From IMG/VR virus record IMGVR_UViG_3300048691_000181, positions 32,001 to 96,000 of that record: a DNA stretch of 64,000 nt; one strand, given 5' to 3'. The translations under genes were made by a program, and so were the position numbers. This DNA is from a virus. Under the pieces are notes generated by a model. The model made no database searches. It was not told the origin of the DNA and saw nothing but the letters and a program-made list of their open reading frames with translations. Shown here in pieces: positions 41,101 through 47,258 of the stretch (position 1 is its first letter; the number at the start of each line of letters is the position of its first letter).

Positions 41101-42119
41101 TCTTAGGTATCTATCTTAAACTTGAACAGCAAGGCTATGGTACAGAACATAAAGCATATCAACTACTCTCTAAAGATGTTAGAGACCTTATTGCTGATTT
41201 AGCTTATACGGGTATGGAGAACTTGAAGGATGTTATTGATTCTGGTACAGAACAAAAAGAAGTAGATGGTATTCAAGGAAGAGAATTCTCTGAAGAGTTG
41301 ACCAATCTACGTCAAGCCTTTACTGAATCTGTTCTTCGTAGAAACTTAGAGTCTGTTGGAGATGTTTATGAAACAGCAACCAATGGGATTAAGTTTGTTC
41401 CTTCAGAGAGTAAGGATATGATTCTATTTGGCGGAGAACAAAAAGCTCGAGTTGACCTTTCTGGTTTCGAGAAAGAAGTTAAGATTAACGAAAGAGGTTT
41501 CTTCTATGATTTGAAAGTTGTTACTGATAAGGAAATGCCTCCTTACATTAAAGCTAATGGGAATCTCTACGTCCGACTATTGTCTACGTACGACGAGAAA
41601 GCGGAAATATCTAAGAAGAAAGACAAACAAGGTAAAGAAATAGAAAGTAAGGCGACTGAAGTAAAAAAGAACAATACTCATTTCTTTGTTAAACTACCAC
41701 GTTCTACAACCTTTGCTAAAGAATCTTTTCTCTCTAACAGGTTAGATACTTCTTATTTGTCTATTATTCCTTACCAGAAACAAGCTACTACTTTTGCTGT
41801 AAGAGAAAGTTTGATTAAGCGATTGGAAGCTTCTATTAAAGAGAATAAAGGAATCATTTTTCTTTACGAGAAAAATGATGTATCTTTGTCTAACCCGATA
41901 CCCATTAAGATTAAGGAAGGTTCTACGGAACAAGAGATAACAACTTCGGGCAAACAGAAGCCTATCTATCGTGTTTACGAATATACAACTTTTCCAGAGA
42001 TACATACGGCTAACTATCGAAAACAATTGCCTATGCCAATCAAGAGTACACATAGTCTTTTCTTGGCTGGTAGAGCCTTAGAAGAAGAAGATGCCTTAAG
42101 AGACTCTTGTGATGTTTAA
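23136..42119 (+). CDS. Giant virion-packaged RNA polymerase polyprotein (two-barrel RNAP, SF1 helicase, zincin motif)
   Basis: RLP...GEDYDVD catalytic loop (DxDxD 38223-38237); TDG and K motifs at ~37050-37350; GVSGSGKT 27993-28016 with SF1 motifs II-VI; HEFFH 33462-33476. Confidence 0.85.
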   Translation: MDEQGQDPFAGGLQPLKNTYQRQFQTLDKPTEMEAYNEYDRGFIPNSGMSQEHNRANNQSSGDLLAKAVKRLAISTPLKFAESISDLGGFLTGTSAMDNPLSVGLRQAEDAWKEMNPVYRSQKYDEGTVWDKMTSGSFLANDLIDGVAYMASAWGGTKLIGAGVGMALKATMPELALAEAAMANGQQLSGGSKFVQTLLNRGLDANNITRGTVTALNTISEATAESVDSYTQVKQNLLRKKQLGLMGHSGYEDYANIGDDQIESEARSAYKETFVGNAAILILPNWLESGWWLGKAGKAGARATLTTAFRAGETQLAQEAEKMGFKHGAIAFAKGFATEGLWEENLQGALQMYEKSISDPTLSNRDRGLFPGIAGTLKNSATNLAGFSKSLLGGNIDANSEEGQGAISIWLGGALGSPMALMGHYREQVDNKKQRTELQAELDRAHQNSKILGHGFNKEINFAVDSIEKDDTGKIKKDAEGNPIIKFDIEKKTRDLISGFFKEMSANHAVLADMADNEIYGAVNTHFSAFNAAMEIEQSRWDKGIKDVFAERLVKNFEEMSKGTEAVPESKDEQGNVIPAQEAVEGTNVGRGLFKLELLNSYRDLYRNEYQAAYNKAFRSFDGNDENKKRFLLDMVQNRTIEMFRLQMLKSLRDGNGSLTTDGLAEPYIKSKQGREDIEKLIAEKEAQIEKFNLRTNSKGIEAMYGEYQKSQSVDDVQEALGNAVKEVADLTKELSATTETEVEQTTKDADGKDVVTKVKQQVGISEEKRKELNRKIQEKKNEVFLKRQEYEEQAGIHAKSISTNFYHDKDLAKDALAGKDVRGMGRYQYERLAHSRTKIGGRFSRYQNRRMGQVQDSLIAQVAANIQANREKMAGDLTLVDRVQDLMDQYEDALLNPQAGSEEIRQQLQENEEKSHLLYQEEKDLDLRYTEELKYATTSLLRNRIDKTFQKQRALLSERRELLINEYKNLEQEYKDFADDKALDIIEEMLQLITQNQRVLFQASLFDGSVIAKFMNLVETIRDKSEKAIVEYNDLIEQRDELGQKIQEGVFDKPIIEGLRELKNIDLYGIKPEYFLSTPIVKDEDEDGNEFALGFGIRQGTHIFPSNFDDVVELQKNLLKAIKAKDDALNQYKTLLSQIDEKDSLTRKYANILNGAEATAALPERAGLEEAVTKYKEHVKERSKLNLEHTKLKDYDKKAQLAIETEWLVNPNEAYFRQYLVEQNTDDVLNALSIEFSNIAAGKLFDSAFDIDDKSTWTILPDVAFTMPLVTARYFKEKLEEIVNMTKHTTEDETAKGIIEAYKKVSQIMGMGKYEITLPKALDMLNAIIAHEDNRQNINIGRMEAFEKNQKASHQEVLDIIHGSDAIKLDDSYGLFRELQAIKSSERSTKKADALKSLEAKEKAILLEVDTLIAQMGITALPSGYESMSGTTKLNALLFSLGGLSSFLSLAGGEKLNEQMRVAFKFHAFVRVLQSTGDINQTLYEISKDAKLNDTQKAQLTGLITKLTSLSPIETAQGYLNSTIGDKGKNDAKYQAFVNILTSIDKAPMDGLGYSPNYLQMNAFIESVINFDLSQKENESRVTGLKKKFNSDSFPQDVLAKEYIKDLNDRPLNASLLLGVSGSGKTIGTQLLIKYYLAAGSGNRPSETKRVLLVGHTSASSENLKNEAVRTIPAANAMTAVTNVEFYNMTPEQRSEFDLIIADEQFTLSTDEFRIFQNAGRNAYNDEGGPAVYGKDGLKILQTPVLFIMGDSSQPRGEIMNYLTDLESVKDAAYKSVKRLTPLSIGYRASVQAIESVAYQFKSSTEHVQLETTEANKTIEEFRIQDKNAIIAANDNQALKESLSIIGLISDNDADEQTRQNKILDLVTLLDNNTSTEKTVIIVANEKKKQAYIEGLVRLSPNIKPDYAKEGRIQVMTFNDVQGRTFDNVLIDYVPTDKMVQRSVVFNPATRKYEQKYTEIALADLQLAVGSEYKKNSNVYMAITRGKKFVYMNGISQAKLETDNKLQKHVFSGTKEAEALRKNYEEVKKNFGVQVNQAVTTTPIAPTPAPAASSTNTNPPPAATPPAPPVAPTPAPTNPPPTPPVSDIDNSTPIIDNTVEEDEDELTEDALADVNTDGLIEEDKQDYQDQIDHIGIAQVIAAINPDFFAEGSDKIILQHPETIEDITINDGDTHLMVKQRFRIRQGLENIHQDGIDYTVVYPAAIDSIPVEGTTIPNSITVPIFSNTNDGKRVTVQVYVPLVTKEGERERFTGRYINSGTFRYMTEGVFKSETEHLGMGLDTVLNDMNSNEMSEYTTESKYFNGTTLTQKEIDDHKKVLKDKGLDTDLLMQEMVVHEQSDMNFRNYDPTKADSDKMKSVSQTIIQVLTDLKSKDNNVNDSTLEAFISEITINENGVIRLNPKFLLDGQAKVQQKLPAMLWEISTMALVNSKSERGVNFLSSASPALKAAFGQKGRSNGIYGMPVIILKNIPIGTKNGKTTIRDFFIPLNQPKMQATSEIVSTFTSLKSNLDNFKAVLDEVVASLGSDASTASILGLDAIKGEAERIENKNGRERALANGTSHIETNNTQTNLLNTSFLNMVLYAGQDLFDLQDDTFAPKTISDADIKKVLLDSLKTSFEAAKEKIVLEIFKNQNLGKNIDELLAKDKSPEATKSKRDQLAKIKREQEDKINFPQSETNILGSQYVLLTQGIIASPAEKLQQLKNVIVPMVYGNKGSFFGTALKNKPYTVEQVAKQTGIESAAEVAGKQPSDYLAEEIIKQFLSGSDTFKQSDIGFYFNPNEGNEAMQTKNESVKFKLLEGKLPAVVYAYLNAMKDSLDGKDVNTIQLEELFNIRNKSKIKNDAAFTSYQELKDEIAKLNFKKFNFTTETTPREILEKTKGFDLKASLASKALEHFAKANYKIKDENGNEKRLLMSKQDKNNQTAEQRSKTGRQAQFNVFARLTETNFNFASRQKLVRTKLEQAVKFQSKSQFPFGMFEIVQGEWSNQGKIKKKDTYGVNDSIFRSWMNQATNPNQDLGFTPMWNTGTEVKESLLRKEQTALYLAMWRAFSDDALGLAQFVKHMEQMGDSSYSEALTDSNGTQLPVPMTEGDIQRVIDTPTNYKQSVTFGLRSNEDERTENEKKLGRDEPSELNTTSVHKALDTTQGATQEHAKNILDKLDAAFPAVPLSVTPNKLVVQRANSAQAQQTKTEEDTTATQEAPTQPTSTPEEAITNARTEANDNLANQVANDPNSTVATDEDVDPLAALKKRIEGVDSTLTGKDKNALIENAITNTLIKTFDKYPLATIQKLSNMIIERIEGKSEEVAYTNSNLSEAEDALGHSMSLVKSVALMGQALSVLDSVSDKQITGKIKVKRKDHTVAFQQQDVNEAVKAIRRRIEGDVLTYAQSVLSDFGMDIGTVKMVSRLTDATMQSAQGNKPVWGYVKHGAIALEKSATRTDFNHEFFHYTFRYLMTEPERRLLIENAKSEFGEAFKNMSFAEQEEYLANQFEKYMQFRKFSPETKEEAKAKKTFLRAMFDRFIELFNWIIGARNIVVNKALGRKANADFEAIRTGKYKIYNAAWDMLYSGRLYEAAFSNGAQLEGIEDEFSIEGATLQGLIREIFSELKDASSQDYIDYVSHVELTIGMLYAEGHRDGYVMTYHQAIGQAFNKIQKQLEDKEAIPKIFTKLESLFSKESPDKVRSKMHSIFTEVIKSLINNIDMHVDIEKDNTVDMGEGVKNVDNEKKKAEDNPTTHLRHVIKTFFRIAGSDTKGKSLIPISKEKIFRDTINQVHFADLARLDEEIEVWLTSNTLAARIIEGKKSLEFGRAILDTSENNALAIKRRIIQIRKDSSIKNSGLTDNPGLGIRTLPVNAGNMAYVYDKHKQGYGLEYTNGGFSKTYYIDGRIAGNTKASSPKQIHDQLSLDLELYLDKNPSGDREALLAMIRNQTNFNLLVRRAEADQQLKALSQTIGSLGEVKMTSDTEGFEKGQLFLRRMLNSSAVSYEDIRTTVSDSIISGIQTLLLTGPFTPEQYTANAKAFKDKIKKEALKVKGFSDSDISGELKNASTVASLVALDNLFDDMYDWMSLPENRNRFLNRNNLNQLEEAESILTDMEEAKYKGTSGNTKGEVAISFGQRIIEITKFLNSLDTETIRLTMKSMSGDMLYAFQNSTFMMDLWHDMKDTDITLDKLQSLYPFLKSKNFEHNSFNKTGVGSNHIINFSTFDAYKQTFTGSVKVHKAENEQEFLRRVINFHFLHNMAAADVSSSGTVNRLTYDQETFPLEGRARLQMANINFLNKEELKGSLNNILLQLRNREHDMIQTWVKGQPTKDKNGNWTAHVLNYLGMSKSMLLGEGVTEEQIDAFEKALTMETIANKEIPLSSVTEKLNNALAPLMEQLGRAIWQNMVKYNKTIHPQILTAARNMKSQGWMTQAELDEMVSILSPTATVGSFPTIAKYNKNKDLGTTTYFYNDISDADKVKLDGIVGKMFGAYQYNRYVNSYHLNQMIAGDLLMYGKDLDLIKRLLGTSTPGQHFQVDNTQGEQGTMKDAEYRAKLTATSPYTRAIVVSDAVMPNTRSKTKQKIEDIDEDGNPITREVEPEGFDNKRSMETTLRRILQPQDEEARNLLYTDKSQLLYKDEIEAAIKKITEAHGDKGFEITDGYCLMTQAGYENLKKGLSEAYDLGDAQKLIYFGIDEHIEQLRGVDGRAGVATPYYVKSSYLVLSPALIAQYPALNRLNQFLIAAKADELHFGSSVKVGAPKNTTSYEDILHSDDRARTLGKFGLDNANVVRMNNKYRRAVYNPIAKLDSKISLFTQMFYMQMVNTPSGEKSDTITSALAFLFEKGIERETRLMKNNFGAFIQKTIKNAPILASYDEYLNGTLDEDTIKRLMTDATIRKAVQTAIVSTITKKAINVNFKGAKLISAPAGLLDSSGSKPLTLRHEVITDEAGNKTIQYTADCIVSEGMLDAAQKAFLDGDKDYHQSGIDKNSGINIDGHKVYFEKGDFLSMRLPTTGKHSGVVLRVVGYHKSPANIVFVAPESSKILGEDYDVDARFTVFRETWKGKDGFEMSYNIGGIETKLKVDNFQPIGYIKKKIGYRKQVMQGNDHNDYKLSKETQHIAWSTSKDIMLEQTKTLDKLRKHISSLIEKVVDAQSEEYELYYSQLKNLEKYEDALLRNIIVETIMDNLSSPDHIIEMSLPITTEHFVPLIKTLEIKLGWHNEIKEKYNPSIIRDILGLHSNIHGGDIITGAGANGFKELAYIFNTALDDKGEKELKALRNKSNARARARKRVAGIMKSYGETEITPESIQKAKEDISKQIETLKQEIVNDREYLDNILNRPLSGKRNEEQEREDEIDFLANEIDSKYKQIEEFKTYRITDENIEYTKGTESEEAMKTERLQDLKALNAIYKASNQRSLAHGNVPSSNRRTGLRFKQMPISISDSNGTISYGHITENGYWMENKKERFGLSIWEQLDAIINLALDNLKENKLGKLSISNDTFQAILGGLALGMPFQEENNLIGNLLYQPAIKMLTHSQYVGISDIHDRIGLKMIKKGQKDNMERAVAYEEAFKEDQANTIGDTLVKVLSVMDKEALELSRVENEASEGADFFDLSVYLSGTSSNAGIWEENAHKGYFKVMEAVLEVLNKTDNWDIQGWAGNGERTQDLVKKANGVLRTILTDKFTRAFDDTRLFDNDSFIIFLKQNLKALTVFKQLDILGADINTMNKPIAALRINPTDAVEVQETLSQNGIFGPTLTNIKPRYKRYMGFSEFKDKLDESDDRITTQSLSINPENFINKQPHIKGALLGAQSAQAMNARYMIIEDPSFKQMIEDTLEMLSEGKYNNIISVRADNHISEEARLILIKEELARFAIFNEYKDFMEAEESPYGKEIEFGSMKDNIGVILEAWKVKDKNVIIATENLILDAIRFDNRGKLRFRGSDILDKKNHQAYLMAAEDLSNMYFDQVSGKVLAGEERIKQEEKNWIDTKLSEPEKTRRRGLIIPLDLFLGIYLKLEQQGYGTEHKAYQLLSKDVRDLIADLAYTGMENLKDVIDSGTEQKEVDGIQGREFSEELTNLRQAFTESVLRRNLESVGDVYETATNGIKFVPSESKDMILFGGEQKARVDLSGFEKEVKINERGFFYDLKVVTDKEMPPYIKANGNLYVRLLSTYDEKAEISKKKDKQGKEIESKATEVKKNNTHFFVKLPRSTTFAKESFLSNRLDTSYLSIIPYQKQATTFAVRESLIKRLEASIKENKGIIFLYEKNDVSLSNPIPIKIKEGSTEQEITTSGKQKPIYRVYEYTTFPEIHTANYRKQLPMPIKSTHSLFLAGRALEEEDALRDSCDV

Positions 42120-42138
42120 ATGGCTTAGAATCAAAATA

Positions 42139-42170
42139 AACCACCTTGTACGTCATTATACAAGGTGGTT
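42139..42170. terminator. Intergenic hairpin
   Basis: AACCACCTTGTA...TACAAGGTGGTT, 12-bp stem; T-rich tail only on the - strand. Confidence 0.6.
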
Positions 42171-42192
42171 AACCTTAAAACTTTAATCTCCT

Positions 42193-45100
42193 ATGGGATG
42201 TTTAGTAAATAGAGATGTAAAAACAAAAGAAATCTTAAACACGTATGTACGAGATTCTGCATCGCCCTTAAATCCAAAGAAAGAGAACGGAAAGCCTATT
42301 GTCTCTCTACTCTACAATAAGCTCGTAGGTACGACAGTGGGTAGTGAACCAGAGTTAGGCTTAGCCAAACAAACAGCCTTATCTATATGGGCCATTACAA
42401 CTACACCTCTATTTAGGAGTCAGTTTAATGGAACATTCGATAAGAATGGAGAACCTGAATTTAAAATTGGTACAGAAAATAAAGGCTCATTCGCTTATTG
42501 GGATTCTAAAGATGGTACTCAATTAATGAGAATAGAGTTAGGGGATAAGCGACTTCGTTACGAATCTAATACCGCCTTAATTGCTGAACTCGTTAAAGAT
42601 TCTGTCTTTGAAGATGAGCCAATTCTGCCAGAGATGAAAGAATACTTAGAGAAGTATGGTCAAGATGCTCTTAAACGAGCTAATGCTTCCTTAGGTGCAG
42701 CACTTGAATTTGTGACCGATGCAGATGCTTGGGAAAAAGCTAAGTCTGACCCTGATTACGAGAAGAAGAACTTTAGGATGAATGCTATGGGTCAGAAAGA
42801 ACGTATTGATGGTAAAGGTCATCTCCTAACAGGTACTTCCTTTAATGGAAACAATCAAGTACAACACTTAACCAAGGGGTTTGATAATACTCGATGGAAT
42901 GATAGTTTAACTATGGGAGAAAACTTAGGTAATATGTTCTGGAACATAGGAAAAACCAATGCAATAGATAAGTCCTTTAAGCTCTTGATTAACGACAAAC
43001 TGGTAAACTATGCTGAATTTGTTAAAGAGAAAAATACATTGTTCTATAACGGTACAGACAAAGGATCTATTATTCATCTTCGTAATCAGAGACAGTACGC
43101 ACGTAATCAAGAAGACTACGATACTATAACAGGAAAGATAAATGCCCTCATCTTAGCTAATAATGCTCGAGGAGGCAAACTAACGGAAAATGCTTATTCT
43201 TTCGTTGAGACTATTCAGGCTGCTCAAGACCAAAAAATGGGTATTAATAAAGAAGCTATCGTCTTCTTTGAAAAGGTTATTCATGCGCCTGTTATGGGTA
43301 TTCATGGCGTTATAGACAAGATGGTGATTAGACCTGATGGTAAGATGACTATAACAGAGATAAAGTCTTCAGGATTCCTTGACCAAAATAATAAGACATT
43401 CTCTTTCTTTAGGACAGATATTCAAGGTGACTTAGCTGTAGATATTGAAGTCTCTACCTTAAACAAAGCAAAGGTTCAATTGGTCCAAAACATGATGGCT
43501 GTTGCTTTGACCTATCCAGGAATTAGATTTTCGCTATGTGGCATAGAAAACTTAGCTTCTATTGCCAAAGCCCAAGAGTCTGGTTTTACGCCTCTATCTA
43601 AGCGTGAAGTGTCAGATATAATGAAGATGCTTTTAGCTTTCTATAAGGCAGAAAAAGCATTAGGTAACAAGTCTCAGTTCTCTCATATCTACGACCAATT
43701 AATGGCTTTAGATAAGATTGCTATTAGAGATATTTACCTTAACCCAGAGAATGTAGATGCTTATGTGGATGTTGTAGAATTAAAATACGTAAGAAAAGGG
43801 GATAAGAAAGTGCTTATGGCAACAGATAAATCTGAAGATAGATTGAAGATTCTTGAACAGCGTTTAGCTATGGGGGTAGGGATGCATGCTGATATGAATA
43901 GAGTCTCTAACTATATCAAATTTGAAGGAAAGGACAGTGGTCTTGGCAATAACTTTAATTTTACCGAAGACATTAAAGAAATCTTAGCTATCTTCTCTAA
44001 CTTAGGAGATGACCCTGCTATCTTTAACGATGATATTTCTTGGGCAAATAAGTGGATAGGTGGTACAACATCTAATGTCTCTCATCCTGTTATTCAAATC
44101 TATAACGAATACTTCCATGCGAAAAAGCTTCAACGTGATAAAGCGGCATTAAAGCTTAGAACACAATATGATGCACATTTCTTAAACAGTTACAACGAAT
44201 GGGCTATTGCTAATGGCATGACGCCTTTCTCTGGAACAAACAAATTTTCTGAACGGTTCTTCACTTCTGGTGATGCGACTAAGTTCTGGGCTCATTTCTA
44301 TAAGGAAATAAATGTCGGTTCTTATACTAAAACAGTAAGGATTACACAAGCTGAAGCAACGTCTAAAACAGACAAAGCGCTACTTAAATTTCTGGATGAT
44401 TATTATGAGTCTGTTCTTTCTGATACCTATACCGAGCAGATAAAGACAATTGATAAAGACGGCAAAGAGACTACAACAGAAAAGAAAGCCTTTATCTATG
44501 ATGATGCTACTTATACCGTAGATTCCTTTAACAGACCAAAGTCTATTAACCACTTAGAAGTCTTTCAAGGCAAAGGCTGGCAAATGGGTAATACGAATAA
44601 TTGGAATTGGTTAGATGTTACTTCTGTTAAAGACGAGAATGGACAATTGATTCAACGTATTCCTTTTACACCAAATACGTCTATGTTGCCTTACGAATAT
44701 GAACAAAGGTACGAATGGGATAAAGATGAAAAAGGAAATCCGATTAAATCTAAGTCTGCTTTGATTCGTCTAAAGAACACGTTTTTAAAGCATCTAAGCG
44801 GTTTTTTTGATAGACAGGATAATTATAAAGGAGCATCTGATATTCGTATGGTAGAACTCAAATATTTAGGTTCTGAATCAGAGAATATAGCTAACTATTC
44901 GATGGACTTAGGTGCTCAGTTCGGTAAGTTTATGGAGAATATTGAGTCTAAGAGGCATATGGATACTGTCTTAGCCATTGCTGAAGCTATTTCCACTCAT
45001 TCAGAAAATACGTTAAAAGATAGAGGCTATAACGAAAACCAGATAAACATAGCTGACTGGTTAAGGAAACAAGCAAGATGGCAAATTAAAGGAGAGAGAC

Positions 45101-46647
45101 CTGATGATGACCCTGTTCGTAATAATAGAGCTTTCGCTAAGACTTTGTTTAGGATACCTATTGCTGCCTATAACGAGAAAACAGGGAAATATAAAGAGTA
45201 TATCTTTACACTTCATACAATCATTAGAGGCATGACTACTTTTGCTTCTTACGTGTTCATGTCTATAAATCCTAAAGGTAGTTTATTGAATGCTGCTCAA
45301 GCAGTCTTTACGTCTCTTAAGACAGGCTTATCTATGCAGAGCGCTTCTAAGTTCTTAGGAATGAAGAAACAGTTTATAGATTTGACCGTTGGAGATTATA
45401 TTAAAGGACTAAAGATGTGGAGTACAATGCAAGAGTCTGCTATAAACGGAGACCCCGAATCAGCTAAGCTTTACCTACTTGCTAAAGAAATGTCTTATTT
45501 GCCTAATGACTACTCTTACTTTGACATTCAAGACTCTTTTGGCTTGAATCCGAACAGTTGGAAGAATCCTTCAGGCTTGATGGTTATGCATACGGCTGTT
45601 GAAGAAGCCAATGCCTTAGCTATACTCTACGCTCAGTTAAAGAGCTTAAAGATTGGACCAATTGACAAGGTTACTGGAGAACAATCTTCAGCATGGGATA
45701 TGTACCAAGTAGACTCAACTGAGAAAGTAGGCGCTCAAACAATACATAAACTGGTCTGGAAAGATGATTTCAATAGAGGTAACTCTTATCAGAATGGTGC
45801 TTATAGACCTACTTACGGCTTAACCGCTCAAGAAGTAATTAAGCTTAAACGGGTCTATGAACGGATACAAGGTAACTATAGGCACGAAGAAAGGTCTATA
45901 GTTGAGATGTATGTCTTAGGTCAATTCTTTATGCAGTTTAAGCGTTATTTGCCTTCTATGATTAGAGGTCAATTTAGAGGACGTATATCTGATTCGAGTT
46001 TAGGGCAGAATGTAGAAGTGAAACGTAATGGAGAAACTGTCTTAGAATGGAGGAATCGTATGACTACTGGCAAATATATTCTTTTGATGAACTGGTTCTT
46101 TGGGGCTGTTCTTCGACCTTTAATGTCTAAGATTCCTGCCTCAACGGGACAATTGAAACATATGACCGATTTAGGTTCTGTCAAAAGCAAGTATCTATTC
46201 TCGCAACAGTTGTCTTTTTCGGAGATGTCTGAGGATGAACAAACGATGGTCATGGATGCTATGCTGTCTCTATCAGTCTATTTTGCCATAGCCTTAGCAG
46301 GACTAAAAATGGAAGACGAGTCAGGCAAGAAAGACCCGTGGTATCTATTTCTCGAGAATATTAATTCGACGATGGTTCAACCGTGGAATTTGTTTAAGTT
46401 AACGGATACAATCAAGAGCATGGCTACACCTGTTTCGGTTTCTTTAATGGGTAATATCCTCTTAGGTTTTGGTGAATTAGCCCATCGAGGATTTCAAGTA
46501 GGCTTAGGCTATAAGGAAGAAATGAGAAATGAGAAAGGTAATATTCCAGGAACTAAGAAAATCCTTAGGGGATTTCCCGTCTCTAAGGGCTTTGTTGATA
46601 CGTGGGATACGGTTATTCGTAAAGGAGCTAAGGGAAATGAAGAATAA
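42193..46647 (+). CDS. Large cargo protein with PD-(D/E)xK nuclease-like domain and C-terminal hydrophobic helices
   Basis: GS.IH ... E...GVIDKM....G...I.EIKS at ~43060-43370. Confidence 0.6.
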   Translation: MGCLVNRDVKTKEILNTYVRDSASPLNPKKENGKPIVSLLYNKLVGTTVGSEPELGLAKQTALSIWAITTTPLFRSQFNGTFDKNGEPEFKIGTENKGSFAYWDSKDGTQLMRIELGDKRLRYESNTALIAELVKDSVFEDEPILPEMKEYLEKYGQDALKRANASLGAALEFVTDADAWEKAKSDPDYEKKNFRMNAMGQKERIDGKGHLLTGTSFNGNNQVQHLTKGFDNTRWNDSLTMGENLGNMFWNIGKTNAIDKSFKLLINDKLVNYAEFVKEKNTLFYNGTDKGSIIHLRNQRQYARNQEDYDTITGKINALILANNARGGKLTENAYSFVETIQAAQDQKMGINKEAIVFFEKVIHAPVMGIHGVIDKMVIRPDGKMTITEIKSSGFLDQNNKTFSFFRTDIQGDLAVDIEVSTLNKAKVQLVQNMMAVALTYPGIRFSLCGIENLASIAKAQESGFTPLSKREVSDIMKMLLAFYKAEKALGNKSQFSHIYDQLMALDKIAIRDIYLNPENVDAYVDVVELKYVRKGDKKVLMATDKSEDRLKILEQRLAMGVGMHADMNRVSNYIKFEGKDSGLGNNFNFTEDIKEILAIFSNLGDDPAIFNDDISWANKWIGGTTSNVSHPVIQIYNEYFHAKKLQRDKAALKLRTQYDAHFLNSYNEWAIANGMTPFSGTNKFSERFFTSGDATKFWAHFYKEINVGSYTKTVRITQAEATSKTDKALLKFLDDYYESVLSDTYTEQIKTIDKDGKETTTEKKAFIYDDATYTVDSFNRPKSINHLEVFQGKGWQMGNTNNWNWLDVTSVKDENGQLIQRIPFTPNTSMLPYEYEQRYEWDKDEKGNPIKSKSALIRLKNTFLKHLSGFFDRQDNYKGASDIRMVELKYLGSESENIANYSMDLGAQFGKFMENIESKRHMDTVLAIAEAISTHSENTLKDRGYNENQINIADWLRKQARWQIKGERPDDDPVRNNRAFAKTLFRIPIAAYNEKTGKYKEYIFTLHTIIRGMTTFASYVFMSINPKGSLLNAAQAVFTSLKTGLSMQSASKFLGMKKQFIDLTVGDYIKGLKMWSTMQESAINGDPESAKLYLLAKEMSYLPNDYSYFDIQDSFGLNPNSWKNPSGLMVMHTAVEEANALAILYAQLKSLKIGPIDKVTGEQSSAWDMYQVDSTEKVGAQTIHKLVWKDDFNRGNSYQNGAYRPTYGLTAQEVIKLKRVYERIQGNYRHEERSIVEMYVLGQFFMQFKRYLPSMIRGQFRGRISDSSLGQNVEVKRNGETVLEWRNRMTTGKYILLMNWFFGAVLRPLMSKIPASTGQLKHMTDLGSVKSKYLFSQQLSFSEMSEDEQTMVMDAMLSLSVYFAIALAGLKMEDESGKKDPWYLFLENINSTMVQPWNLFKLTDTIKSMATPVSVSLMGNILLGFGELAHRGFQVGLGYKEEMRNEKGNIPGTKKILRGFPVSKGFVDTWDTVIRKGAKGNEE

Positions 46648-46675
46648 GCCTTAGTAAGAACTAATAAGCAGATGC

Positions 46676-46716
46676 AAAAAAAATCTACTTACCAATTAAG
46701 GTAAGTAGATTTTTTT
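46676..46716. terminator. Bidirectional terminator at the strand switch
   Basis: AAAAAAAATCTACTTACC-AATTAA-GGTAAGTAGATTTTTTT between convergent genes. Confidence 0.9.
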
Positions 46717-46734
46717 CTTTTAAGGGTGATTACT

Positions 46735-47247
46735 CTATTCTGGTTCGTATTTAGCTTTTAAGAGAGCAAATCGCTCTCTTAAAAATTTCTCATGCAGTTC
46801 ATTATGCCTTGCTTTTTCCATAGCAGTGTTTTCTGCTTCTATTTCAATCATCGCCTCTCTTGCGGCTTCCTTGAATACTTCTTTCAATAGGAGTTTGTCA
46901 CTTTCATTAAAATAGCTTTCGCTGAAATCATTAAGTGCATCCTTAGGAAATGATGATTCTTCATCATTGACACTATGCTCTTCTTTTAAAGAACGAACCG
47001 TATCGTATATCTCTTCTGAATAGCCTGTAACAAAATCTTTGTTATATTGAGGAAACGTTGCTTTAATACAAAGCGCTATTCGTTGTTGATAACTTTCACC
47101 ACTACATGAAGTTGGCGAGCTTTCCATTTGGTTTATGTTATTGGCGGCATAATACAAACGTCTACCAAATTCGCTCTGGTTAAGCCCTAATGCTTCCCTT
47201 ACCGTCTTGATGCGTTCTCCGAACGTCATTTTTTTTGTTGATTCCAT
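46735..47247 (-). CDS. XRE/Cro-like HTH protein
   Basis: FGERIKTVREALGLNQSEFGRRL...INQME. Confidence 0.8.
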   Translation of the reverse strand: MESTKKMTFGERIKTVREALGLNQSEFGRRLYYAANNINQMESSPTSCSGESYQQRIALCIKATFPQYNKDFVTGYSEEIYDTVRSLKEEHSVNDEESSFPKDALNDFSESYFNESDKLLLKEVFKEAAREAMIEIEAENTAMEKARHNELHEKFLRERFALLKAKYEPE

Positions 47248-47258
47248 TTTTATTTTTT

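Noticed and set aside
413-46253. Many short antisense or overlapping ORFs in the track (e.g. 413..778, 35138..35551, 41742..42053)
   Set aside because: Shadow frames of long genes with no motifs or leaders; the same applies to short + strand ORFs over the - strand block
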